From the NCBI GenBank assembly GCA_028534125.1, contig CM052817.1, positions 83,578,001 through 83,642,000 on the forward strand: 64,000 nucleotides of DNA. The letters run 5' to 3'. The notes under the pieces are model-generated. The model was not told the origin of the DNA, searched no databases, and saw nothing but the letters and a program-made list of their open reading frames with translations. The DNA is from Lama glama. Lineage: Eukaryota. The position numbers and the translations under genes were made by a program. Shown here one piece after another: positions 28,588 through 43,200 of the stretch (position 1 is its first letter; each line of letters begins with the position of its first letter).

Positions 28588-29015
28588 ATGTTCTCAACTC
28601 AGTGTAGTGTGATCAGAACTGTGCTATTGGAAGATTAAGCTGGGAGCCCCAAATGGAATGGTGTGGACGCAAGATTGAACAGAGATAAGAGACGAGTTAA
28701 GCACACATGAACATGTGCAGTAGAGCCTTAACTACATTCACAATTGGAATTGATAGAATCAATAAGTGTTGAATTATGAGGCTGATCGATGTAGAATAGA
28801 GAAATTTAAGGAAGTCAGGCAGAACTACTCCTGATTTAAATAGTTTGATTTGTATACATTAGCAATTGATTGAATAGATTAAAAATTTAACTCTCTTAAG
28901 ATTAATCTTTAGATTAGTGGTTTTTTAATTTACTACTGATTCTTTTAGAAACAAAAACAAAATTAAATTAAATAAATTGAAGACTTGTGGGTTTTTTTGT
29001 TTTGGGGATTTCTGA

Positions 29016-29153
<138 letters not shown>

Positions 29154-32079
29154 CTGTGTTTTCTTGATGCACAACAAAACTGTGCACAGACTATCAAGCA
29201 GTATTAGAATTGCTGAAATCTACTCACAAAGAGAGAAGGTTTAACTTCTTTTCACTATTCAATACTGAACATAATATTATTAAAGACTAAGATGATATGC
29301 TGCTGGATTTGATGCACTAAATCTTATCGTGAGACTTTTGAAGAAGATACTTGATCAAAATATGAAGAAGGGATCATTAACTTATTTCCATTTTGGTATA
29401 TAACATTAATTTATTTCCTAGTTTGAAATAATGTGACATGTTTTATGTAAAATTAATATAGGAATGTTTATCTTGGAGAAAATACACAGTTCAAAAAATA
29501 TACAGTTCACTGTGTATTTTTCTCAAGACTAAATACTGATATCTGGCAGAACAATCATGAAATTGAGAGGAAACCAGGTTTTGTAACTAATTAGTGATGT
29601 GACTATGAACAAGTTTTTGTACCTCTCTGAGATGAGAGTTTTCATGTACAAATGAGATGATTCCTTTGAGGTGTCTGGAGTCCCTCTTAAGTAAAATGTA
29701 ATTTTTTCTCTCTTGCCTGTAGGTCAGTACCTAAATTTGTAATGTCCAAGTACTGATTTCTTCTGAGACTTTTTCTTAGATACTTTTCTTTAGCTTAAGT
29801 GTTTCAGGATGCCTCACTGGGAGGAATAGAGGAATGAAAAATTAAACTTATTTTTTAATTTATTTGATTTTCTTTACTCTTTCAGGTCAGCTCTATTTTG
29901 ACTAGGATATATTTTTCAAACTATTTGTCCATAAACTTTCATTGTTTTTCTCTTTGTTGAAATATATTCAGGTATATACACATACATTTTATACAAGTTC
30001 ATTAATTTTAGGAAAGTTATATGTAAATCTTTTTTTAAAACCTAAACTAGTCATGTTGAAAACACTGAAAACGTTGACTAAAGAAATCCTGTGGTTACTT
30101 CTTTTGTTAAATACTAATTTTTGCCTTACAAATATGGATCATTATGTATTGAGTTTTCTCAAAGGGGGGACACTTTAATGAAGAATAGTTTACTTGACCT
30201 TGAGTAAGGAAAGAAAACTAATGGGATGAGAATTTTCTTCGGCTGTCAGAATTTGGTGGATTGACAGAAAGGAAGAACTTAATTTTTAATTGACACACAG
30301 TGGATTCTCCCGAAGTCTCAGATGCCCCCAAGGCTTTATAATACTGGGTTCTTCTTCAGGGCATAAGCTTTGGAAGGCAAATTATGCCAGCACATCTAAA
30401 GTCAGCTTCTGCATTTCCCCTACCTCAGACATGAGCCCTCCAGCTTAGTCAGAACTCACAGCAAAACGTAGTGGGTGTACCATTTGAAACATTTGGTCTT
30501 ATAAGAAACACTATTATCCGTCTTCCATCAGTTTAAGAGATTTTCACCCAGGCGTTTAAGATGCAGAGCATTATACTTGTGTCATTAGTGTCTTATGGGC
30601 CTTAATTTTGGCATTCAAAACAGGGCAAGAAACTTTGATTCTTGAAATATAGAAAATGGATTGAACTATCTTCCCCTTAAGATTAAAATATTGGTCAAAT
30701 GGTAGACTCTTTACTACTGTCTTAGAACTACCTGTGTACATATATGGGTATTAAGAACACTCTTGTTTAAAAGTATTAGGAAATGCCTTAAATTTCTTGA
30801 TATATCCCCCAAACACAATGAGCTATTTTTTAATACTGAGAATTACTCTTCAATGGACTTTATTGATCACCTCCAGATTTTCAGGCAGACTGAACTAAGC
30901 CTTGGGGTTCTATCATCTTTTTCTCTTTCATTTAATGAAATTTTGATGTGTTAAACCGCTTTCCTGGTGTTAAAGAAACATGAGACCACCATATATTAAC
31001 AAATAAAAAGACAAAGCAGACTACTGATCTTAATACAGGCAAAGTCATTTGCTATATTGTAGATATGCACTGTAATGTCCATCTTGCAGAGATACTGCAT
31101 ATTTAAGAAATAAAAACAAACATTATCTTGGTTTATATCTCTAAATGGATATCAAAGTAAGCAGCATAAGTAAACTTAGCTGCCTGTTTTTCCATATAGG
31201 TTCAGATTCGAATCTGAAAGTCGATCAATCTGACTGTTGGATAGTAAGTGCCTGTCACTTTATTAAATAAAGGAGGGCAAAGAATGCTTTAGCAGATACA
31301 GAAACTTTCTTAAGTTGGATTTTATTAGCATCCCAGCAAATGCTCTTTTTCACCAGACTAATGCAAAAGACTGTATGTCTTACCACTAGCATATATTTTT
31401 AGCACCCCCAAATTACATTTTAGATTCTAACTCCTACCCCAATTTTCTCTTTCTCTTTCTTTCGTTTCTTTTTGTCAGATTAGAGAAGGGAGTGTTTCTT
31501 ATTTGTGCCAAGGGATCCCTGATGATGATGCATACTCACAAGAGAGTAAATTTGCAGTGCCTGCTTTTTTATATTTCTAATACAAATGGGAAAAGCTATG
31601 AAACCAATTTACTAGGTTTGTCTACTTTGAACATTCTTGAAAATAATATTGTGAATAATTATTTGTTGTCTATGTGACTTCTGTCTAAATAGTGCCTGGC
31701 ACATGTTATGTGCTGTAAAAGGGTTAGCTACTGCTACTACTACCACCATTTTTTATTATTAAGTATCCATTGGTTGAAAACCATGAAGTCAGCTAAATCA
31801 TACCGGCTACTGTACAAAATGTTGGAAAGCTAAGAAAAAGTATTCAGCACTAAACACTTTTAAAACAAGGATTTATACTTTGGATATTTTAATATATATT
31901 ATTAAATGTTACTAAAACTTCAACCTCTACACTAAACTGCGTGGAAATAATTTAATTTTGCAGAGTTGTACTTCTATATTCTATATAATTAAAGCTATTT
32001 TTATACTCTATTAATAGTTTTTAATAAAGATGGTTTAGAGGTTTGTTTGCAGTTGTGTTGCCTTTTTGTCCATTTGTCC

Positions 32080-32400
32080 AACAAACATTTATTGAATTTC
32101 TACTCTCTGCCAAACACTGTTCTGAAGGCCAGGATACAGCACAAAAGAGCTAAAACTTCCTGCCTTCGCAGAGCTTATGTTCTAGCAAGAGAGGCAGACC
32201 ACAAATAAGACAAGTAAGTAAAATATGTTGATAAAAGCTAAGAGAAAAAAAAATGAAGCAAGAAAATGGGATATGAAGTGTGGAAGACAAGGTGGCCCAG
32301 GAAAGTGTTGCTGAGGTGACCTCAGATCTAAAGAAAGTGAGGAAGCTAACCAGGCGGACTCCTCAGGAAAGAAGAGTGAACACTGCAAAGGCCCTGAGAC
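32080..32400 (-). mobile_element. L2 3' end fragment
   Basis: caacaaacatttattgaatttctactctctgccaaacactgttct... Confidence 0.65.
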
Positions 32401-33599
32401 TCTACTTTTAATACTGACTTGTAAATCGCCAGAACTTTTTTGTTCCCTAAATCAGTAAATCAAATCCAGTGCAGCAAATTAAAATAAACATTTTCAGCTC
32501 AATATATTGAAAAGAGCTGATTCAGAGGACTTAATAGAGGTTAAAAAAAAAAGCTACACTTCTAAGTACTTTTAATTTTGCCATCTTCCATCAATGAATA
32601 CATGTCAGAAATAAGCTGGAAGATTTCATAAAGGAGTATGTTATAAACACTGTTAACTATGGAGTCAAATGTGGGTGGAGGGGGGAAAGGAAGGCAAGAA
32701 AGATCATGGAGAGAAAATTGCCCTGGGGAGAAGCAAAACACTTGTTTTTCTGTCTTCTGAGATATTTATGTTCCCTATGACCAGAGATTGTTCCTTTGAC
32801 CCTTCTTGGCACCTTAAAAAGACAGTCTTAGCTGGAGTGTAACTCAGGTAATTTCTCCCTTAATTTTCTTCCTGAGACCTTCAAATTACCTTAAAAGAGA
32901 AAAACTTTTCGTATTTCAGATTTTTGCACATAAAATGCCAATGTTTTGAATTTGTGGTGGATTTTACTAAGGATTTTAAAGTCAGTGCAATGAGAAGACT
33001 TTAAATTTTTCTAGGAATAATGATTAATTCAACTGCTTCAGAAAAATTAATCTGGCAGCAGCATGTCAAATGGTGAGAAGGCCTAAGAAACCAGTTGAGT
33101 TGAACAAGCTGCTACAGAAAGCAAGGTAGCACCATACATGGTACCAGAAGGACTTGCCAACCAGTTTTATGTGAGATAATCAAAATTTTAACAAACTTCC
33201 TGCTCTGGAATCCTTCTGGCTTAAATATTTGTTTGTTTGCTTTTTTTTTATGAGTGACAAGTAGTATTAAGAGTGTTGAAACACACTTGATAAAAAATTT
33301 GAATCTATAAGTTCAAAAAAGCCAGTAACTCATCTCACGTTTTGTAGATGTGTTTCAAGACTGCAGATCCTACAGAGTAAGAAATAATAAGATGGAATCT
33401 TCCTTTATGAGAAACCATCAAACAAGATATACAGAGGAATCAGAAATGTATCAGATGCTACTATGGAGGGATCTCCAGGATATATAAAGTGAAAAGAGCA
33501 AGTTGGAAGAAAACAGAGCAGACATGTACAGCATAGATGTGCACCTAGTAAGTGTTTTTGCCAAAAGAACTAAAACCTCACTCTCACAGGCTTCTGATG

Positions 33600-34040
33600 A
33601 GTTCTCAAAGTGGTTTGGGGGACCATGGGGTCACCAAGATCCTTTCAGGGACTCCATAAGGTCAAAACTTTTATAATACTAACACATTTTGCCTATTTCA
33701 TTCATTCTCTCTTTAGTGAGTGTATAGTGCAGTTTTCCAGCAGTTACATGATGTGTGATATTACAGCAAATGGAGTGCAAAAGCTGTTGTGTAAATCCCA
33801 CTGTCTTTTACTAAGCCAGATAAAGAGATTTTCAAAAATACATTAGAAAGCTATTCTTCTCACTTTTTTGTTGGAAAAATAATTATTTTTTAGTTTAAAA
33901 CGTTACTTATGAAGGAGTTCATTATTATTTTACATGAATTAACATTTTTAAAATGTTTCAATGTTTGAAATGGTTAATATCAATATATATAACACAAAAA
34001 CAGAAGATTCTTTGTGGCTTTCAATAGTATGTAAGAGTGA
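33600..34040. mobile_element. Charlie1-like hAT DNA transposon relic
   Basis: gttctcaaagtggtttgggggaccatggggtcaccaagatcctttcaggg...aggtcaaaact end sequence. Confidence 0.6.
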
Positions 34041-34067
34041 AAAGGTTTGTTCTGTTCTAGACTATGT

Positions 34068-34239
34068 CACTGGTTCTCAACCCTGCACATGAAAATTACC
34101 TGGGGAATTTAAACACCGACGCCAGGCCTCACTTCTAGAGATTCTGATTTAACAGTCTGGGCACAAGCCAAGTATTAAACAGAACAAAACACCCCTCCCT
34201 CATCTCATTTGACTGTGCAGTCTGGATTGAGAATCACTG
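34068..34239. mobile_element. MER5A-type hAT MITE
   Basis: Terminal inverted repeats cactggttctcaa ... ttgagaatcactg. Confidence 0.7.
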
Positions 34240-34539
34240 CTCCAGATAGAATTACCAATTTAAATAAAATACAGGAGAAAGAAGAATATGTCGTATAATG
34301 TTAAAGGGCTGAAATGAGTAAAACCAGACAGTAAGACAGTGACTAGACAAAAGACCCCTGCTAAATTATAGGGGCAGAAATTAAAGTGATTTCTAATAGA
34401 AGGTGGAAGGGTTACTCCGGGAACTAAAACTAAACTGGGTTAATTCCACACGGTTGGTTTACTACTCCGTCCCAGTTTTGGCTGTTAAATATCCTTACAT
34501 AGAATTGGCTCTCCCGGGTTCCTTACCGCACCTTCCAGG

Positions 34540-35440
34540 GTCAGAACCCACTGCCTTACACCGCTGCCCGCGCAGAGACTACCCAGCACTAACACTTCCC
34601 CAGACAGCGCCGCGCGGAGGAGTCGCGTGTCGGCAGTCACGTATCTGGCGCCAGGTGGCGGCAGGCGGTTAGAGGCGCCTGCGCAGCTCCACGCCCCTTG
34701 GCGCGCTGTTCTCCCAGCGTCCTGTGCGCCGCTTTCCCGCCAGGACGACGCTGAAGCGTTTTCAGCTTCCGTTCGTCGTCTCTCCCGCACTCGTTGTGGG
34801 CTGCTGCTGCCTGTTTTTACGTCCGTCGACCCACCATGCAGCGTGATCTTCAGAAGAAGAAGCAGGGGAAGAAGGCGGAAAAGCGGCTCTTTGACACCGG
34901 GTCCTTCGGGAAGGACCTGCTGGCAGGCGGGGTGGCGGCGGCTGTGTCCAAGACGACGGTGGCGCCCATCGAGCGGGTGAAGCTGCTGCTGCAGGTGCAG
35001 GCGTCGTCCAAGCAGATCAGCCCCGAGGCGCAGTACAAAGGCATGATCGACTGCCTGGTGCGGATTCCTCGTGAGCAAGGTGAGTACGGGAGGCCGCCCG
35101 CCGCGCCAGCCTCTCTCCAAGCCGGGTCCCCTTCCCTGAAAACGGAGTGGCCGGGAGGGGACGACTGCGAGCGCCACGGCCGTGTGTGTCGGTGGTTAAG
35201 TTGGTTTCTTCGGCTTCGATAGTTCGATTTCCTAACCAGTGTAAGAGGCTCTGCTTTCTCACGTCCGAGAAGGCCCACACGTGACCAGTCCTTAGGCAGG
35301 GGAGACCACCATCTTCTCTTTCTAAATTTCTCCTTTGCAGCAGGATTTACACCTCGGTGCACCGTCTCGCTCTGGAGGAAAGTAGTTGACCTCCCAGAAT
35401 TGAGGGAGGTGCCATTAGGCACTTGGCTGTACGTTAATAG
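34540..35440 (+). promoter_or_regulatory. SLC25A31: CpG island promoter of SLC25A31
   Basis: Abrupt GC/CpG enrichment around exon 1; E2F-type TTTCCCGC at 34733-34740, MYB-type GGCGGTTA at 34664-34671, E-box CACGTG at 35278-35283. Confidence 0.85.
34836..35079 (+). CDS. SLC25A31: SLC25A31 (ADP/ATP translocase 4, ANT4) exon 1
   Basis: ccacc[58 protein letters not shown]...IPREQ; donor CAAG|gtgagt; 244 bp; Lys-rich N-terminal extension typical of ANT4. Confidence 0.97.
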
Positions 35441-36034
35441 GTGCTTTACGTTGCTTAAATATTTGTTGAAATAATACGTTTAAGAGAAGCATTCCAAATA
35501 TGGAAACATTGAGGCCTCTCAGTATCTAGTACGTGTTGAGAAAAAAGAGGTTCTGTTTATTCTCAGGAACTATTGAAGACCAGCGCTGCGGCTAAAGAAG
35601 CAATCACATCTGCATAAATTTGAGGGGCGGGGGGCAAAAAACTCAATAATAAAACGAATAATATTTTAATGCAGTATTTTTAAAAAATCAAAATTAATGT
35701 GAAAACCCCATGATAAGCAAAATATTAAAATTTTAAGTAAAGATTTTTTTATAGTTTTTTGCTGTTTTTTAAAAAATTATTGGAGTATAGTTGATTTACA
35801 ATGTGTTAGTTTCAGGTGTACAGCAAAGTGATTCAGTTATACATACATATTCTTTTTCAGATTCTTTCCCGTTATAGGTTATTACAAAACATTGAATAAA
35901 GACATAATCAGTATTAATTTCTTATTTGCGTCAAGCGGTCTTTAGCTAAAATTTTGATATTTTTGTTCATTGAGGAGTTTTTTTCTATTAATATTGAAGT
36001 GTTTTCAAGGAATAAATAATGAAAATGCTTTGTT

Positions 36035-36641
36035 TTTTTTGTGTATATTTTTATTGGAGTATAGTGAGTTTACAGTGTTGTATCAATTTCTCATGTACAG
36101 CATAATGCTTCAGTCATACATGAACATATACATATTTATTTTTATATTCTTTTTCACCATAAGTTTCTACAAGATATTGAATACAGTTCCCTGTGCTATA
36201 CAGTATGAACTTCTTATTTATTTTATGTATAGTAGTTAGTATCCGCAAATCTCGAACTCCCAATTTATCCCTTCTCACCCTCTTCCCCACCCTGGTAACC
36301 ATGTTTGTTTTCTATGTCTGTGAGGAGTGTTTTGTTTTATAAATAAGTTTGTTTGTCTTTTTTTTTTTTAATTCAACATATAAGTGATATCATGTGGTGT
36401 TTTTCTTTCTCTTTCTGGCTTATGTCACTTAGAATGACAATCTCCAGGTCCATCTATGTTGCTACAAATGGCATTATTTTATTTTTTATGGCTGAATAGT
36501 AGTCCATTGTATAAGTACACCACAACTTAATTTATCCAGTCATCTGTCGTTGGACATTTAGGTTGTTTCCATGTCTTGGCTATTGTAAATAGTGCTGCTA
36601 TGAACACTGGGGTGCATGTATTTTTTTGAATTAAGATTCCA
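36035..36641 (-). mobile_element. Lineage-specific 5'-truncated L1 with TSD, in SLC25A31 intron 1
   Basis: TSD aaaatgctttgtt at 36022-36034 and 36642-36654; L1 3' UTR motifs. Confidence 0.9.
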
Positions 36642-37389
36642 AAAATGCTTTGTTAACCATTCATTGCCCTCCTGATTGCAGAATGGCTCCTACGTTAGCT
36701 AAATGGATAAGAGGATAAATTGGTCAGAAATCTCCTATAATTCACCCATATAGTTGGATTCAGTTGAAACCTCTTTATGAACTGTAAAAAGGAAATAGAC
36801 CTATTTATTGTGTATTCTTAACAAGAAGGGAAGTGGCTTCAACTCCAGTGCAGTCCTTTCTTTCACTCCTATGTCTAGGGCAGGTTACTTTTTCTCCCAT
36901 AAAAAAAGAATTCCCTTTCTAGGGATGCAGTTATAACTCTTTTTGACATGTTGGGTGGAGTTTTTAGGATCAAGGGTAGACTCTTAAGGTGTCATTTAAC
37001 CTGTTGATTTAGAATGCCCCATCTGGAAGCTAAGCTTAAATCTTTCATAGTTAGTGGTTCACATCTCCCCACTTCTGTTTATTTTATCAGAGCAAGGTTC
37101 CCACTTTTCTTCTTATTTGCTAATCTGCTTTAAATATTTACTCAGGTAAAGTTAAATAGTCTGGATAGATAGTGCTGAGCAGTGCTAAATCATTTTATAT
37201 TTTATCATTATATATTTATATTTTCAATATAACTCTTGTAAATTGAGACCCTTCTGAAAATAGTATTCTGGTCCCTACTTTCTGTACTTTCCAAGATGAG
37301 ATGATCATAAGCAGAATTTTAAAAAAATATTTTCTATTATATATAAGGCCTTGTTATGAATACACCATGGTATATTCTATGCTAAAGGA

Positions 37390-38190
37390 TTAGTAATTCA
37401 CAACAGGGTTAATATTGCCATCTAGGGGCATTTTTGGAAACTTGTGAGGAATTTTTTGTTTAGCATGAAGATGAAAGAGTGTAATCCTAAACTGCAGTGG
37501 TATGAAAGGCAAAATCCAGGGCTGCTACACATCCTGCTGCTGCTATACGTGGCTGGTCCTACACAACAAAGACTTACCCTGCAACCGAATGACTCAGATC
37601 TCCCAGTGGGTATTCATACAGCAGTAAAATCAGTTTATGATTATCTAAGCCTAGAAACTCTGATTTACCTATAAACACAAACTGTCTGTGCTTAGTTCTA
37701 GCATACATTGATTCCAGGAATGCAGCTACCATGTAAGTAAAGGGAAGATTGTACTTTGTGTTGTTCAGAATTTTACTGAGAGTTGTTCATCATTGTGAAA
37801 ACTCATGTCAGCAACTCTGTGTGTCGAATTTAGCCACTTATATCATTTGTAACTATTGAATTCATGATGATTGTGCATATATATAATATACAAATATATT
37901 TATTAAGCCCTTTTTTCAGAATGTCACAACTGATTCATTGTAAGTAGAAGCAAGCATCTGACTATTATGTCTATGGTGTGATCATGCCTCACCAATTTAC
38001 TAGTTAAAATATATATTTTATTATAAATTCCTTTATTTTCTCTTTGTATATCACAGAAAGGGCATTACATTGATTTCTTTTTTAATTAGTGAAGAGGTCA
38101 TAGACTTTGAATTCTGTTTCTAGTTAGTAAAGGAAGCATGGTAACATTTATTATATATAGAAGACTTGAACCTGGGAGGGTTGAAAATCA
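37390..38190. mobile_element. MER20B-like hAT element relic
   Basis: ccatctaggggcatttttggaaa start and ggttgaaaatcactg end; family from memory. Confidence 0.45.
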
Positions 38191-39976
38191 CTGCTAGATC
38201 ATTCTGGAACTTTACTAGGCAATCAAATTCTGAGACTGTTATTTTCTGGAATTTACCTTTTCTCTCTGTTGTGAAAGTCAAGATACATGGCCATCTCAAT
38301 GTTCTGAAGTTTCTCTTGTTGTTCGTGTTTGCTTTAATTGTACCGTAACTTTTCCTTTCAAATGGACTGAGTATAAGAGACAGTGAACTTGGAAAGCACA
38401 ACTACATGCTCTCTACTTTTTACCTTATCTCTTTCTTTACACCTCAAGGAAAGATCTCTTTGTTCTTGCTCTGAATGTAGCTTTAAACATCTCTTTGGGT
38501 GTCTTTGATACTTTTTTGTAAGCCTTCCTTTGCTTTTGAAAGCTTCTTCATTTATCCTGACTAATGCTATTCTTAAAGATTTACTCTATTCTTTACTTGA
38601 TTTTATGACCTTCCAACTTTGTATTTGTACTTTTATTTAGTACTATTTAAGTCTTTATTACACAAATAATGTGTGTTTAATATAAAAAAGTTGGAAAATA
38701 TAGAGAAGCAAAAAGTTTTTTAAACAATCACTGTTACATCACCCCATTTAATATTTTGGTGTCTATACTATGATTTTTTGCTTAGCAAAACTGCATCTGT
38801 AAATATATTTTTTTGCTTGTTAAATTCTTTTTTGTATATATATATTTACTGAAGTATAGTCAATATATGTGTCAATTTCTATATATTTTAATTAATTTAA
38901 ATGCTTTATTTAATATATTGTAACATAGCCTTTTAAAGATATTATCTATAGTCTCATTTTTAAGAGCCTACCAGAACTCATTTCTCTTAGGTATTCCTGG
39001 CCATGAATTCATCAGCTGTCTTTAATCTGAACTTTTCCAAACGTGATTTTCTGGAGGCTAAAGTAGTGAGGTTTTTACATCTTGAAGATGATGTTTTGGG
39101 ATATGGAAAGAAAATATTAGGTATACACTTTATCTAAATAAAATGGCAAAATAAACTTTACTGATATTTGGTAAATGAATTGGCGCTGGCACCTATGGTT
39201 GGGCCAAATGTCAGTTACATATCACAGGACATTAAGGCATCCTGGAAAAAGAGTAGGAGTTACACAGGGTAGAGGGGATGACAGGTACCCTAAGTTGTTG
39301 TGCAATAGACATATTGTAGTTTATGTTTGCTCAATTAAATAGATTTATAGAGACTATTTGAATATTTGAAACTGTCAAGAAAACTATTGAAATATAAATT
39401 CACATATACTGTTTTTAAGAATGACTTCGCCTGGTTGCCTTGAGATAATAGCAAATGGTAGTATGAAAACGTTATGATTAGCAAGATATCTGAAAAATAC
39501 TGATTTTTAACTAGTAACACAAATGCCCAGTTGTGCCCTAATATCTAGAAGTTTTCTCTGACCACCCTATCTAAATAGCCCTTCCTCATTCTCCATCTTC
39601 ATATATACTGTTTTTGTTCTTCTGACCACTTGATATATTTTTATAGTTATTATGGGCACCCGATGTATTTATTTGTTCAGTTTCTGTCTTCTCAAAATGT
39701 AAGCTCCATAAAACTAAGAGCTTTGTTCCTAGTGCTATCCTCAGCAGGTCCACTGTCCACTTGGTATGAATAAAAGGTTTTGAAATAAAGAATCTTTATC
39801 TCGTTATTTAATTTCTCTTTTGGATGTTTTACAGATATACATAGCAGTGCAGTATAGTAGCAAAGATATATAATTTCCTTTTTAAAATATGTACATATTT
39901 GAGAGTCATAATTATATTTTCTTTTCCTGATAGGCCTACTGTCAAAACATGTTTGCGCTTGCTAGTCTAGAATACG

Positions 39977-40210
39977 CAGTTGATCCTTGAACATCATGGG
40001 TTTGAACTGTGTGGGTCCACTTATACACGAATTTTTTTTCAGTAGTAAATACTATAGTACTACATGGTCCCTGGTTTGTTGAATCTGTGGTTATAGAACC
40101 AGGGATATGGAGGAACCAGATATAGGAGAGCTGACTGCAAGTTATACTTGGATTTTTGATTGCACGGAGAATTAGCGCCTCTAACCCTTACATTGTTCAA
40201 GGGTCAACTG
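39977..40210. mobile_element. MER8-like TcMar/Tigger MITE
   Basis: TIRs cagttgatccttgaaca ... tgttcaagggtcaactg followed by TA; 234 bp. Confidence 0.85.
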
Positions 40211-43200
40211 TATTCCCAGACATGCCTTGGCATTTCCATTCTTGGCTGGTAAGTTGACCAGCAAATGGCCCAGTAACTTTTTCCCATCAGTTCTATATTA
40301 ATTCTTAATTATTTTCTCAGAATTAAGTTCAGAGTAGGTTTTTTTCTCCTGTAAATTTAGAAGATATTATTTCTATTTAGTTATTAAGTCAAAAAGCTTA
40401 ATGTTCTGCTATTAGCAGAGAAATGTATTGCAATACTGTTTTTCACTATCAATTTTGTGATTATATGTTAGGAAACTGCTCTTTTATTCTGTGTGACTAG
40501 AGAATCAAATACTCCTACATTTGCATCACTCTTGCTTTTCGTTTGTTTTATTCTGACCAAATAGTACTACTATTTTTATCCAAAACTGATTTTTACATAG
40601 AGGCAATAGAGATTTAATAGCTCTAGGTTTGGAGTCAGATAATATCTAGAAAGATCTGGAATCAAATCCAAACCTTTCCCTTACCTTGTAACCTTGAACA
40701 GTTTTTATTTAACCTCTCTCAATCTCTATTTCCTCAGCTGTATCCATGGTATATTATTACCCACTTCGTATGGTAGTAGTTGTGATGGTTAAACAATACA
40801 AAGTCTGTAAAATACTCAACCATGTGTCTGTTGCATAGTTAATGCTCACTAAATTTCAACTCTGTAATCATTTTGAATACATTCATACATTTATAAAATC
40901 TGTTCCTCGTATTCAGTTGTAAATGAATGTATTCGGGATAAATTTGCATTACACATAGAGTAGATTCTTGAAATCTATCTAAAGAATCTGCATAGTACAT
41001 AATGTACTTAAAGTGTAGTTGAATAAAACCCTGAAATCTGGCCCCAACAAAAAATATTTCTATGGAAAATGCATTCCTGTTTGCACTCTTAGCAAGGACA
41101 TTGGTGCTCCTAAAAGCATGGTACAGCAGTGAGATGCAAAGAAGGAAATAAGAATGAGTTTTTAAAGTGTGGTCTGTGGAAAAAGAGGCTGAAACGAGTT
41201 TTTAGCCTGGTAGCTGTAGCTTCAGGGAATCCATGAATTCTGTGAAATGTATGCAAAAGTATTTTATGTGTGTTAGATTGTATTTTTTCAGATATAACTC
41301 ATCAAGAGCTGCCAGTTTTCCAGTTATACTTCCAAAGATTTATTTGTTTCTAGATTTTCATTGAGACATTGACAGTGTTTTGATGAATCCTTTAGGTTTT
41401 TTCATGCAAATACAATTTTGCTAAAAGGAATACATTATTCTGTCAAGGCTAGAAAACCTCTTTAGGCATAAATCTGGCACTCTTTCATGGTCTCATGTTA
41501 ATATGCAGATGTCTTTGTCATCAGAATCTTCCATTTATATTCAGTACATTAGCCAAAAATACAAACGTTCATCCTACTCTTATATATGACACTCTTTTGT
41601 GAAATAAATATTAATTCAGTACTGCAATCATAATGATAGAATTATAACTAATAACTTATAATCTGATACCCATAATATCTGGGGTTTTTTGGGGGGGTGC
41701 AGTGAAACCCATAGTACCTGAATACCATCTAGCCGAATCAGCCATTTCCAAAATGACTATTAATATGAGTCATGTATAAAATGGAAATTCTAATGTATTT
41801 TGATACATGACACTTTTTCTTTTCATTTATTAGTGTTTTTTTTAAACAAATGATGATTTCATCTTAAATCTCACTTGATCAGATTGGCAATTCTCCAGCC
41901 AATATGTTCTTCTTTATCCTTTTAAGATTGACTTTATCCTCTGCCAGTAATCTGTTTTTGTATTACTATAAAGTATGGTGTAGAAAACCAGATCTTATTC
42001 TTCATTATCATTTACACCATCATATGTTACACTCTGTTTCTCTTCCACAGATCTGACCTCAGAAAATACAGTTGCTTAATTATATTTTTAAATGTTTTTA
42101 TTTACTATGAAGAACTTAAAAATCACTAAAAATATCTCCAAAAATTAGATTCACCAACTCCCTCAGTAATTCAGTGTGGCCGTAACTAGCAAGAAATATT
42201 CTATTATAATTTCCTTACATTTCTTATGTTTTAAGATTTTTATTTTTCTTCCATTAAAGAAAAATTATTGACTTTTCTTAGTACAGAAAATATTCTCATG
42301 TTTAAAGTATTTATGGAAAACTACTGCAATTAAGAGACAAAATTATTGAGCCAGATTGCTTGAGTTTGAATTCAAGGTCTACAGTTTTCTAACTGGGCAA
42401 GTTACTTAGCTAACTTCTCTCTACCTTAGAAGTTGTTTTAAAATCATTTCATCATATTTAAAATGGGGATATTAGTAATTCCTACCTCATGAGTGATTAT
42501 GAGGATGAAATGAATAAAAAGCAATTCCTTGAAATTAGTTTTATTGTTTTTGTTAATATAGCCTCAACAATTTTACAGTAATCATTTTCCTTTAAAAAAA
42601 AAAATAGAGAACTTTATTTACCATACTGCTCTTAAGATTTGTTTCTCTAGAAACCCAAACCTGGAGAAGAGCTTTGGGGACACATGACTTGATTCTAAAT
42701 CCTGGTTATAGTTTTTAAACTTACAAAAGTTTCAGTTTGTGCATGTATAAAATGAGTACTATAGGAGAACCTGTATCATAAGCATAGGATAATCGAATGA
42801 AATTTACATATAAAGCTTTTGCCAGTGCTGGCACATACTAAATGCTAGAAGTTGTAGCTATTACCATTATGTGTTAAATGCCCTAGTGATTATGCCTAGA
42901 AACTGAATCAGCTTCTAGGATTCTAGATTATTTCTTGACTTCTAGATTATTTCTTGGCTATTAAAAATACTTCTTAATTGTCTTTGTGAAACTGCTTTAT
43001 ATTCAGCTTGAGATTCACAAAGATTCACTGTTTTTTCCCACAGGGTGTACTTACTTATTTAACAAATATGTATCTTTCCCTCTGTGTACTTACCTCATCT
43101 AACTTTCAGTTTCTGAGTGCCGGGCCCAGTCAACTGAGATTATTTTCATTTGAATTTTTATTTTTAGAAGACTAGTTCTGAATATTCTGTTCTCCAAACT

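Noticed and set aside
34485..35422. Overlapping antisense and alternative-frame ORFs (230, 190, 117 aa) and the GTG-started extension of SLC25A31 at 34794
   Set aside because: Expected stop-codon depletion in a CpG island overlapping real exon 1; the ATG at 34836 has a good Kozak context and matches the ANT4 N-terminus
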